Source of the DNA: Candidatus Nanopusillus sp.
GTDB taxonomy: Archaea; Nanobdellota; Nanobdellia; Nanobdellales; Nanobdellaceae
DNA: 32,000 nucleotides
Assembly (NCBI GenBank): GCA_049414405.1
Contig: JBMSAQ010000038.1
Span: 1-32,000, forward strand
Direction of reading: 5' to 3'
Positions 17,583-26,136 of this stretch are shown piece after piece. Made by a program: the position numbers and the translations under genes. Within the stretch, counting starts at the first letter, position 1, and every line of letters starts with the position of its first letter. Below the pieces are notes generated by a model. It did not search any database, was not told the DNA's origin, and saw only the letters and a program-made list of their open reading frames with translations.

Positions 17583-18903
17583 ACTCTGTCGATAACATTA
17601 AATAATACAAACCTGAATCTATATTACCCATATTTATTAAATCTTTCCCAAATTGTAAATAATTATAGGAAGTTATAGAAAATCCATATTTATTATAATA
17701 GTAATAATTTAACTGTTCTATCGCTTTTATGGTGTAATTACTAACATAATTTGTACTATTTGATATGTAGAGAAAATATAAATTGGATAAATAGTTTCTT
17801 TTTTCAAAACAAGATAAATTTGATGGTAATTGATATTTATATAGATATTGCATTAATGCATATTGCTGATCTATTAGTGAACATCGATTTTCTTTATATA
17901 TGCTATTTGTTATTGATAAAAATTGCGCCCAACCAACTGCAGAGCGATATCTCCAATATGATTGCTGTAAATTATTTAATGTTTTGTTAGCTTCTCCTAG
18001 TCTTAGTATTACTTGATATTTTATTTCTTCACATTCGTAATTTCCAAAACACTGATAATTACTTATATAATTATAAAAATTTGTTATGTTTTTTTCTAAT
18101 TCTTCTTTAGTTATGTTAGGATAAAATTTTGGATCTGTAACTTTTTTTTCAAAACATAAACTTGCTGCTGTATAATAATTTCCCGAAGAGATGTAGTAAT
18201 TTATAGTATCATTGTGTATTCCTTTACATATTTCATTCGTTATATTTTTCATGACACGAATATAATCTTGAGGAACATTATAAGTATAATTGACTTGTTT
18301 TCCTAGATATATTCTTTTTAAATCGAGTATAGTATATGCAGGGATTATTTTAGGGTTATTATAATATGGGGCTACCATATATGGAAAATGTTGTAGAGTT
18401 GCATTTAGTTTATATTCAATACCTTCAACTGGTGCTATTATGCCATTTGGCAACATAAAACCGGTAATTGGATAATTAACTATTGCAGTTTTATTCGATA
18501 AAGCTTGTAAAACAAGTAAAGTTAATCCTGCAGTGCCTGAAAATCCCTCCGCAAATAGTACATCATCTGAGCTAAAATAATAATCATAATCGTTACACTT
18601 ATCTGGATATATATTGCATGCAGCAACCTTGGGAAATAGATATGCTAAATCATAATCTCCATAAGATATCGGAGGAATCCTTGCATATACATTTCCAGAA
18701 CCTGGAGATATTTTTAAGAAAAATTGAGTAACTTCTCCAGATAAATTATTTGATTGATTTAAAACTGCTGGAATATAAACAGAATATTCCCCATTATAAT
18801 AGAAGCTAATCTCTCTCAAATTTGATAAAGATATTAAAGATAATACTGCTGTAAATGCTAATAAAACCATAATTACTTTATATAACGAAATTTTCCCGTT
18901 CAT
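17572..18903 (-). CDS. Secreted or membrane-anchored Lon-protease-like (S16 fold) serine protease domain protein, heavily sequon-decorated
   Basis: N-terminal signal/anchor (VIMVLLAFTAVLSLISL). GFSGTAGLTLLVLQALSNKTAIVNYPITGFMLPNGIIAPVEGIEYKLNA aligns by eye to the Lon proteolytic core (GPSAG...MTGE..L.G.V.PIGG..EK), with the Ser and Lys retained. I counted 13 N-x-S/T sequons. Confidence 0.5.
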   Translation of the reverse strand: MNGKISLYKVIMVLLAFTAVLSLISLSNLREISFYYNGEYSVYIPAVLNQSNNLSGEVTQFFLKISPGSGNVYARIPPISYGDYDLAYLFPKVAACNIYPDKCNDYDYYFSSDDVLFAEGFSGTAGLTLLVLQALSNKTAIVNYPITGFMLPNGIIAPVEGIEYKLNATLQHFPYMVAPYYNNPKIIPAYTILDLKRIYLGKQVNYTYNVPQDYIRVMKNITNEICKGIHNDTINYYISSGNYYTAASLCFEKKVTDPKFYPNITKEELEKNITNFYNYISNYQCFGNYECEEIKYQVILRLGEANKTLNNLQQSYWRYRSAVGWAQFLSITNSIYKENRCSLIDQQYALMQYLYKYQLPSNLSCFEKRNYLSNLYFLYISNSTNYVSNYTIKAIEQLNYYYYNKYGFSITSYNYLQFGKDLINMGNIDSGLYYLMLSTEYAI

Positions 18904-18927
18904 TCTTATTCAAATGAAAGAAAATAT

Positions 18928-19782
18928 TTATAAATTTCTAACAATTTCTATTCTATCTAAACTGGATAATAAACTTTTTAAGTAATCCATTGCTACTTTT
19001 TTGTTATAGTCTACTTTAACAATGATGGTGAAATAATAAAATTTATTTTTACCGATAGGGGTGCTATTTATTTCGCTTAATCCATATATATGAACACCAA
19101 ATTTACTTAAAAAAGGTCCAATTTTCTTTAAATTATCTATTATCTTCTTTCTCACCTTATCTAATTGTTCTAAATGTTCTTCTCCTTTCAAATATAAAAC
19201 AACATATCCATATAACTCAATCTTTTTAACATTATTAATTAGACCATACTTTGACGTTTTTTCAAATAAATATTGATAAAATATTAATTGTTCTCTCAAA
19301 CCTCTAAACAAAATTTGTCTATAAACAATCTTTTGGAGCTCAAGATCATCTAATTTGACATTATTTTTAAAAATTTTCGAAAGAATCCCGGAAGATTTTA
19401 CTTCAATTATTTTAACTCTATCATACATAATCTCTAACCCATCTGGTCTCCCACTAATTAAGATTAACCTTCCATTATAGTCTTCTAAAGATATTAAATA
19501 ATAATATGGTTGAGCACCTATTTTTTCTACTATCGCCCTTTCAATATTTAAAGATTCTTCTATATTAGTAATATTATTTTTATTTTTTCGATTCAAAGCA
19601 AAAGTTGCAGATATATTAGGTATATTCCCTTTCTCTTCCCTTATCAATTTTAAATATCTAAGTAATTTATCCATGTAGCCTTTAGGATACAACTTATCAG
19701 ATGAATGTTCCATAATTGAAATCTCTATTTTTCCTATTAAATCGTCTATTTTCCTAATGTTCTCATTATGCATAAATGACAA
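18928..19782 (-). CDS. RecB/Cas4-family-like PD-(D/E)xK nuclease-fold protein without a Cys cluster
   Basis: Ordered motifs: ...IERAIVEKIG..., GRPDG, IIEVKS, and REQLIFYQYL (QxxxY-like). This is motif-level evidence only. Confidence 0.45.
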   Translation of the reverse strand: MSFMHNENIRKIDDLIGKIEISIMEHSSDKLYPKGYMDKLLRYLKLIREEKGNIPNISATFALNRKNKNNITNIEESLNIERAIVEKIGAQPYYYLISLEDYNGRLILISGRPDGLEIMYDRVKIIEVKSSGILSKIFKNNVKLDDLELQKIVYRQILFRGLREQLIFYQYLFEKTSKYGLINNVKKIELYGYVVLYLKGEEHLEQLDKVRKKIIDNLKKIGPFLSKFGVHIYGLSEINSTPIGKNKFYYFTIIVKVDYNKKVAMDYLKSLLSSLDRIEIVRNL

Positions 19783-19802
19783 TTATTATATACATTTATA
19801 AA

Positions 19803-19886
19803 CGCCGCGGGTGGGATTTGAACCCACGCCCCCTTTCGGGGAATGGATTAGCAATCCATCCCCTTGGGCCACTCGGGCACCGCGGC
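19803..19886 (-). tRNA. tRNA-Ser (anticodon GCU), type II with long variable arm, no encoded CCA
   Basis: Acceptor GCCGCGG/CCGCGGC, anticodon arm AUGGA-UUGCUAA-UCCAU, variable arm CCCC-GAAA-GGGG, T arm GUGGG-UUCAAAU-CCCAC, discriminator G. Confidence 0.9.
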
Positions 19887-19911
19887 ATATTAAATTCTTT
19901 AAAAATTATCA

Positions 19912-19918
19912 TTTATAA
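19912..19918 (-). promoter_or_regulatory. TATA-like box (AAAGTTATAAAT) for tRNA-Ser
   Basis: TTATAAA lies at -32..-26 relative to tRNA position +1. This is the same motif and spacing seen upstream of protein-gene ATGs. Confidence 0.5.
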
Positions 19919-19920
19919 CT

Positions 19921-20328
19921 TTAAATTATTATTTCATACTTCATATCATATATCGTATTATTGAATTGATATGATAATTGAATTAATGTATTATTCTCGA
20001 TAATTATATTTTTTACATAACATAATACGGACTGGTTTGGATATATTATTTCTCCTTCACACATTAAATTGTAAATGTTTCCAGTTATGTTTAATATGAA
20101 ATTGGAAGTATTTATATATGGGAGTTGATGATTAGTTATATTTAAATATAAAGTATTGTTCATATAATCTACAGTATATCTATATGGGTTTATATAAAAT
20201 GCTATATTTATTGATGTGTTTTCAGAATTTTCCAAATTTTTATTAAGCAATTTATAAAGAGCTATATAAAATATTACAAAAAACACCACTGTAAGTACAA
20301 TAAATGTTACTATATCTTCTTTTTTCAT
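19921..20328 (-). CDS. Small N-terminally membrane-anchored, sequon-rich extracellular protein
   Basis: One N-terminal TM helix (IVTFIVLTVVFFVIFYIALY), then a 100-aa domain with 8 or more N-x-S/T sequons. Confidence 0.5.
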   Translation of the reverse strand: MKKEDIVTFIVLTVVFFVIFYIALYKLLNKNLENSENTSINIAFYINPYRYTVDYMNNTLYLNITNHQLPYINTSNFILNITGNIYNLMCEGEIIYPNQSVLCYVKNIIIENNTLIQLSYQFNNTIYDMKYEIII

Positions 20329-20365
20329 CTAAAAATTTTTTAAGAATAAAACTTAAAAAATATTA

Positions 20366-20572
20366 ATGAAAAAAATAAGAGTATTTATTGAAAGATACCA
20401 TACTGAAAATAATATAGAATTTAATGGAAATACTATAAAAGATTTATTAAATATGTTAAATTTAGATTCCTCAAGATTTATTGTTGTAAAAAATGGAGAA
20501 ATTGCAACAGAAGATGATACAATAAATGATGGGGATTATATAAAAATACTAGATGCGGTTTCTGGGGGATAA
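20366..20572 (+). CDS. ThiS/MoaD-family ubiquitin-fold protein (SAMP-like) ending in Gly-Gly
   Basis: 68 aa. ...VVKNGEIATEDDTINDGDYIKILDAVSGG-stop matches the ThiS/MoaD C-terminal pattern. Confidence 0.7.
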   Translation: MKKIRVFIERYHTENNIEFNGNTIKDLLNMLNLDSSRFIVVKNGEIATEDDTINDGDYIKILDAVSGG

Positions 20573-20589
20573 ACTTATAATAAATAATA

Positions 20590-21522
20590 ATGTTTTTTTA
20601 TTATATGTATGATCCTTATTTCATAGACTACTATTCTATAACAAAAAAATATGAATCTATAGAAGAATTAGATCATAATAAAATATTGATATCTGGAATG
20701 GGAGGATCTGGAATTTTTGGAGATTATGCAAAACAAATATTAGATGATAAAGAAATAATTGTTTGTAAAGATTATTTTTTACCAAAGTTTATTGATAAAG
20801 ATTGGTTAACAATATTTATTTCATATTCTGGAGATACTGAAGAAACATTAAATTGTATGAATGAAGCGATAAACAATGGAAATAAAATTATAGCAATTTC
20901 TTCTGGAGGAGAAATGGAAAAAATAGCTAAAGAAAAAAATTTATACTATATAAAAATTGATAATAACTATCCAGCAACAAGATATACATTTCCAGTAATT
21001 TTAGGAATAGTTTTATCAATATTGAATAAGAAAAAATATTATGAATTATTAGAAATATTAAAAAATTATAGAGAAAGATTAAAAGATTTGTCAATATTTG
21101 TAAACGATATAAAAAATCCAATAATGATTTATACAGATGTTAAACATGAACCTGTTGCTCTAGCATTAAAAATGCATTTAAATGAAGATGCAAAATGGTT
21201 TTCTGAATATGGAATAATTTCAGAATATAATCATCATGATTTGGAAGGTATATCAAAATTAAATATAGATTTCATTTTATTGAAGTTTAATTATTATGAA
21301 AGAATTGAATACAGAATGAATTATATGAAGGATTTATTAGAAATCTATGAAAACAATGTTCTTGTATTTGATTTAAGATATAGAAGTCTAATAGAAGAAT
21401 TAGTTTTAGGTACATTATCATTAAGAACTTTTACATTAAAATTGGCAGAGAAGAATAACGTAAATCCCTATCATAGCAAAAACATTGCTGGATTAAAAGC
21501 ATTTTTAAAAAATATAAGATAA
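20590..21522 (+). CDS. Bifunctional phosphoglucose/phosphomannose isomerase (SIS domain)
   Basis: ISGMGGSGIFGDYAK, ISYSGDTEET and AISSGG motifs; about 300 aa. The TATA TTATAAT at 20575-20581 lies at -30..-24 from the second ATG (20605), which is therefore the more likely start. Confidence 0.75.
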   Translation: MFFYYMYDPYFIDYYSITKKYESIEELDHNKILISGMGGSGIFGDYAKQILDDKEIIVCKDYFLPKFIDKDWLTIFISYSGDTEETLNCMNEAINNGNKIIAISSGGEMEKIAKEKNLYYIKIDNNYPATRYTFPVILGIVLSILNKKKYYELLEILKNYRERLKDLSIFVNDIKNPIMIYTDVKHEPVALALKMHLNEDAKWFSEYGIISEYNHHDLEGISKLNIDFILLKFNYYERIEYRMNYMKDLLEIYENNVLVFDLRYRSLIEELVLGTLSLRTFTLKLAEKNNVNPYHSKNIAGLKAFLKNIR

Positions 21523-21714
21523 AAATTTATTTTTAAATTGAACTTAAAATCTTCAATTAAAATTATTGTTATTTACTTTAACAATACTTCTTTCTTATTT
21601 ATTTACAACTTTCTTGTAATTCTATAAAAGGTATATAAAATAAAGAATTCTTTTTTATATAACATTTCTTAATCATAATAAAGTTTAAGTATAATAATAT
21701 CATTAATAAAAATT

Positions 21715-22302
21715 ATGAAAATAGAAATAGACGGTAAGTTAATACAAATAATAGAAGGATCAAATGATAATGTTAATGATTATATAAAATTCATGAATAA
21801 ACTCTCTCAAGATCTAGACAATTACACATTAAGTAGATATAGCAAAATAGATGAACAAAAGATTATTGAATGGTCAAAATCTTGGGGAAAAAATATTACT
21901 ATGATTTTTGCATACAATGATTCTATGATCGTAGGATTTTTTCAAGCATCACGTGGTAAATATTTTGGTCTTGATAGACAATTTCATGTTGCAGAAATAG
22001 CTTATGCAGTTGATAAAGAATTTAGAGGTAAAGGATTAATATACATTCTATTTAACGAAGCAATAAAAAGGCTTGAAAACGTTAAAATACTTACCGCATG
22101 GGTAGATGAAAAGAATCTGAGATCTAAGAAACTTTTAATAAAGTTGGGGTTTAAAGAAGCTTGTAAAATTAATGAGTTTATATATTCTGAGACAGAGAAA
22201 ATATTTTGTAATTTAATAATGTGTGTGGGATATATAAATATAGTCAAGACTAAATTAAAAGAAGAATTAATAAAGAAAAATTATAATCTATATGAAAAAT
22301 AA
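21715..22302 (+). CDS. GNAT-family N-acetyltransferase
   Basis: The acetyl-CoA motif region VDKEFRGKGLIYILFNEAIKRLE (R/Q-x-x-G-x-G/A) is present. Confidence 0.8.
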   Translation: MKIEIDGKLIQIIEGSNDNVNDYIKFMNKLSQDLDNYTLSRYSKIDEQKIIEWSKSWGKNITMIFAYNDSMIVGFFQASRGKYFGLDRQFHVAEIAYAVDKEFRGKGLIYILFNEAIKRLENVKILTAWVDEKNLRSKKLLIKLGFKEACKINEFIYSETEKIFCNLIMCVGYINIVKTKLKEELIKKNYNLYEK

Positions 22303-22402
22303 TTTTATATAAGAGTTTTAAAAAGGACATTTAATGAATAAAAATCTATTTAATACCTTAACATATTGATTTAAATATTTATCATTTAAATTTTAATTCC
22401 AA

Positions 22403-22439
22403 AATAATTAAAAATTTCTATAAGAAATTTTTAATTATT
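22403..22439. repeat. Perfect 17-bp inverted repeat with a 3-nt spacer (all A/T except one C:G pair)
   Basis: AATAATTAAAAATTTCT-ata-AGAAATTTTTAATTATT, with arms at 22403-22419 and 22423-22439. It sits in the 450-nt spacer, 100 nt after the GNAT stop. Confidence 0.85.
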
Positions 22440-22752
22440 ATTATAAAATTTTTCCTTAATCCAAGTATATTCTTTTATCTCAGTATAGTTCATAATCCAG
22501 CATTTTGAATGTTATGTATTTATATAAAGATATATTTTAAGTAAACTTGTAGAAAATTACTGTAGAATATATATCAATACGAAATTTGATTTAAGAATCA
22601 ATCATACAAATATAGTCAAAAAATTATAAAGATTATCAAATCAAGAATTAATAAAGATTAAGTCTGAGTATATATCTAAATTCTTTCCAAAAGTTGATAC
22701 TTTCTTATAATATCTAAGCATTTTTAAAATTTACTATTATCACTAGATAAAT

Positions 22753-23676
22753 ATGACTAAACTATATAAAGAATATAGAATGTCAGAATTAATAAAAAGT
22801 GAAATAGAAAAATATGGTCTTTCTATAAGACCAAATTCTTTTTTGGACATATTCTTAAGGACTTCTGAAAAAAGCAATGAAATGGATTTACCAGTATATA
22901 TATTTAATCGTTCTTTAGTAAAAGAGGTTATAGAATGTGCTTCAACTAATGAATATGATAAAATAAACTATTCCCAATTACTTGGTTGTATAGATAAATA
23001 TGGCTCTGAATTACCTATATCCATTAAAGACCATATTAGATTGGGTATTCTTATTACACTACACCGTATACCTTCAGAAAGAAGACTCTCATTAGATAAG
23101 ATCATAGAATCGCGTACAGAACAGGTTCCTACAGGGTATTTAAGTAGACAACCATTGGCAGTAACAATAATAGAAGACGACGACCTTGACAAATCTAGAG
23201 CTTTGCTTCCAACAGTTATACATGAATTAATACATTCAATGGAATTAAATGGTTTATATGTTGAACCACGTGTAGAGACACAAATAGATATATATGATAT
23301 AATTGATAATTATATAAGGCCACATAATCCTTTTTATAGCATCTATAGAGGTAGAGAACTTTCAAAGAGAGAAACAATAACGGAACTAGCGATGATACGC
23401 ACATTAGAAGATGCAGATATAGGATATGTATCCCTAAACAGAAAAGTATTAATAAGAATAAAACTTCATCGAATTGGAAAAATAAAAAATGAAATGGGAA
23501 TTCAATATATTATAAGAGAATCACATTTGCTTTCTTATTTGGCGGCATATGATATGCACGAATTAGCGCGTACAGATAAAAACATGAAAGAAATATTAAA
23601 AATTATTAACGAAATTATAGATGAAGAATTAAAATTATATATTGAAAGAGAATTGAAGAAAATAAGCTCAAAATAG
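22753..23676 (+). CDS. Orphan protein with an HExxH (zincin-like) motif; possible metallopeptidase
   Basis: TVIHELIHSMELNGLYVEPRVE contains HELIH plus downstream Glu candidates. A TATA TTTTTAAAAT lies at -32..-23. The gene has higher GC and 7 of 23 Arg codons are CGN. Only the motif supports the functional call. Confidence 0.35.
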   Translation: MTKLYKEYRMSELIKSEIEKYGLSIRPNSFLDIFLRTSEKSNEMDLPVYIFNRSLVKEVIECASTNEYDKINYSQLLGCIDKYGSELPISIKDHIRLGILITLHRIPSERRLSLDKIIESRTEQVPTGYLSRQPLAVTIIEDDDLDKSRALLPTVIHELIHSMELNGLYVEPRVETQIDIYDIIDNYIRPHNPFYSIYRGRELSKRETITELAMIRTLEDADIGYVSLNRKVLIRIKLHRIGKIKNEMGIQYIIRESHLLSYLAAYDMHELARTDKNMKEILKIINEIIDEELKLYIERELKKISSK

Positions 23677-24100
23677 AGAGTTTTATAAAATTATAATAAT
23701 CTTATTTAATAAAGATGTTTTATACTTATTTTTAGAAGAATTTATGATAAAGCAAATGTTTATAGCATAAACTAATAAGAATCTGATTAAAAAGAAAAAT
23801 TTAGGATATTAATTATATTCTGTGTAATTTTTATTTAAAGATTTTAATCTTTTAGATAATAGCAGATATATTATTGTAGCAAAAATTAACAACCAATATA
23901 AATATATTCATAATAACACTAATGTTTTCAATTATGATTTACTTTTAGATCGATACTCTAGAGTTTTTAATCAGGTATGATAATAATCATCATTATAAAT
24001 ATTTTTTAACTCTTAATAACAAACATATTTTCGCAGAAAAAATCAACATAAATTTAAAATATGTTAAAGCTTAAAATCCTTTTTTATATAAATTTTCATA

Positions 24101-24967
24101 ATGACTACTAAGTTAGAAGAGATAATTGAATTATTAAATTTTAAGTTACGAAGGGGAATAGTTAATGAAGATGATTTCAAAGTTTTAGAAAGACTTGTAA
24201 TCCAATATGAAGATCATATAAATAAAATAGAAAATATGCGCTTTTTCGTCATTGGATTGGTTAGATTAAGAGAAATTGGATTTGATGAAAAATATATATC
24301 TATAATATTACTAAATATAATTTCTAAATTTGGAACAAACAAGATTGATAAATTATTATTTGAAGTTTCTGCCCATATTTATGAAAGATACTATAAAAAA
24401 CTTGAAGAAGATCTTAAACAAAAATTAAAACTTTTAAGAAAAATACCTAAATCTTCTCAAAATATTGATAATATATTAAATAAATTGAATAAATTAAAAG
24501 TTCTCCTAAATGATAATGATAAAAAATATATTGAAATAAAAAATTCAATAGAAAATATTAAAAAATGTAATATGCCATCATTGAACTATATATATGATAT
24601 AATACAAAATCCAAGAAGCAATCGTTATATAGAAAGAATGGAAAATATCAAAAGACAAATTTCTTGCACAATAAAAAATCTAGAATATATAAAAAATAAT
24701 CTAGAAAATATTGAAAAAGATTCTAGATATACTAAAAAATTGAAAGATATATTAAATATAAAAAAAGAGTTAAATACTTACTATAATAGATTATTATGTA
24801 TCTCAGATTTATTAGATGTCTATAAACAATCTTATATCAAATTTAAGGAAGAATATTTGCCAAAATTATTATTTGAAGGTTTATATTATATAAAAGAATA
24901 TAGAAATAATAATTTAAAAAAAGGTAATATAAGTAAAGATCTGGAACAAAAGGTTATTTACTATTAA
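24101..24967 (+). CDS. Helical/coiled-coil orphan protein, paralog A of the 26137 gene
   Basis: Shares RLREIGFDEKYISI and EEYLPKLLFEGLYYIKEYR with the 26137 product, in the same order. 3 of 15 Arg codons are CGN. Confidence 0.6.
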   Translation: MTTKLEEIIELLNFKLRRGIVNEDDFKVLERLVIQYEDHINKIENMRFFVIGLVRLREIGFDEKYISIILLNIISKFGTNKIDKLLFEVSAHIYERYYKKLEEDLKQKLKLLRKIPKSSQNIDNILNKLNKLKVLLNDNDKKYIEIKNSIENIKKCNMPSLNYIYDIIQNPRSNRYIERMENIKRQISCTIKNLEYIKNNLENIEKDSRYTKKLKDILNIKKELNTYYNRLLCISDLLDVYKQSYIKFKEEYLPKLLFEGLYYIKEYRNNNLKKGNISKDLEQKVIYY

Positions 24968-24990
24968 AATTTATTATTTTAACCAAATTT

Positions 24991-26136
24991 TTAGAAAGTT
25001 ATCAGTGGTATTCTCTGTTCATCTTCAGTTAATCCACCATGTGCGCTCTTAAATTCGCTTTCTGGTTTATCATCAAATCCCAATCTTATTCTCATTTCTT
25101 CTCCTTTTTTAGGTACAATTAAATAATCCGGCATTATTTTTTTATTTCCCTTACCTCCCAATAACTTAAATGCTTCTTCTTTGTAAAAAACAAAATAATC
25201 ATCTTCAGGAAATATTTTATTAATATCTTCTAATTCTCCATCAATCATTATAGCCCTTCTATCCCCATAAATTCTCTCTACATTCGGATTGTTCTGTAAC
25301 TCTTCTAATAATCTCATTTTATTGACTTTTGTTTGTCCATGATCTGTGGATATTATTATATCAAAAACATCTTTTTCTTTTATATATTCTATTAGTTCAA
25401 AGAGATATTTTAGAGCTAATAATATTGACGGATGACCTATACCATATTGATGGGATAGATCATCTATGTCCATTAAGTACCATATAATGAAATCATAGTT
25501 TTTATTTTCTAAAATTAATTCTACTGCATTAAACCAATTTAAATAATATTTTATATCACTATCTTTATATAAAATCTTTGTTAAAGCTGTATTTTCTAGA
25601 GAATTGTGTATTATAGATAAGGATTTTAATTCTTTTTTCTTTAATTTTGTAAATATTGTATCAAAATTATAAACAAATGTTATATCAACTATTGGGGCAG
25701 ATCTTGTGGGATATACATAATAATATGGAAACCATAATAATGTACCAGACAATTTTGTAGTTTTTGTTCTAATGAACATCATATGTTCAGATGGTCTTAA
25801 ACCAAAAAAGAATGAAGGTAATGCTGTAGTAGTTGATGATGGTAATACAGAAGTCATTTCATGATATTCTAACTTTAAATTTAATTTATTTAATAAATTT
25901 ATTCCTAAACTATCTACAAAAATAAATAACAGTTTATTTTTCTTATTTTCTAACTTTATTTTTCCCCTTTCCCTATTTTTTATTCCAAAATAGTCCAATA
26001 TTGCATAATGCAAATTATATATACTATTTTTATAATCTGGAAATATATATTCCATTCCAATATTAACATTGTGCTGATTTAAAATTTTATTCCTTAAATA
26101 ATATTTTTTAAGCTTATCTAATAATATATTTACCAT
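24991..26136 (-). CDS. Alkaline-phosphatase-superfamily metalloenzyme, PglZ / nucleotide-pyrophosphatase-like
   Basis: Ordered motifs: FIFVDSLG (metal Asp), LPSSTTTALPSFFFG (nucleophile Ser/Thr region), MDIDDLSHQYG (D..H), ISTDHGQ (DHG), and AHGGLTEDEQRIPLI (the HGG-x-S/T-x-x-E-x-x-x-P tail typical of PglZ). Confidence 0.6.
   Translation of the reverse strand: MVNILLDKLKKYYLRNKILNQHNVNIGMEYIFPDYKNSIYNLHYAILDYFGIKNRERGKIKLENKKNKLLFIFVDSLGINLLNKLNLKLEYHEMTSVLPSSTTTALPSFFFGLRPSEHMMFIRTKTTKLSGTLLWFPYYYVYPTRSAPIVDITFVYNFDTIFTKLKKKELKSLSIIHNSLENTALTKILYKDSDIKYYLNWFNAVELILENKNYDFIIWYLMDIDDLSHQYGIGHPSILLALKYLFELIEYIKEKDVFDIIISTDHGQTKVNKMRLLEELQNNPNVERIYGDRRAIMIDGELEDINKIFPEDDYFVFYKEEAFKLLGGKGNKKIMPDYLIVPKKGEEMRIRLGFDDKPESEFKSAHGGLTEDEQRIPLITF

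Noticed and set aside
19776-19964. 62-aa plus-strand ORF (MTIIIYIYKRRGWDLNPRPLSGNG...)
   Set aside because: It is simply the antisense reading of tRNA-Ser (19803-19886) plus flanking AT-rich sequence. The GWDLNPRP-type peptide is the classic artefact of translating a tRNA T-arm and acceptor stem.
21181-21240. Minus-strand AUGAUGA followed by CUGA after 7 nt, inside the PGI/PMI gene
   Set aside because: The spacing is wrong for a C/D guide (7 nt instead of about 12), there is no second box pair, and it lies within a coding sequence.
22312-23970. The 8-9-mer AGAGTTTT(A) recurs at both flanks of the HExxH gene (22312, 23677, 23960) and could be element-boundary direct repeats
   Set aside because: My composition-adjusted estimate gives about 3 chance occurrences of this 8-mer per window on both strands. 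No longer flanking similarity or inverted termini were seen.
23971-23993. Minus-strand AUGAUGA followed after exactly 12 nt by CUGA (C box plus D' box-like) in the 424-nt spacer
   Set aside because: No C' or D box follows within 60 nt and there is no terminal stem. Half a motif in AT-rich sequence is not enough to call a C/D sRNA.
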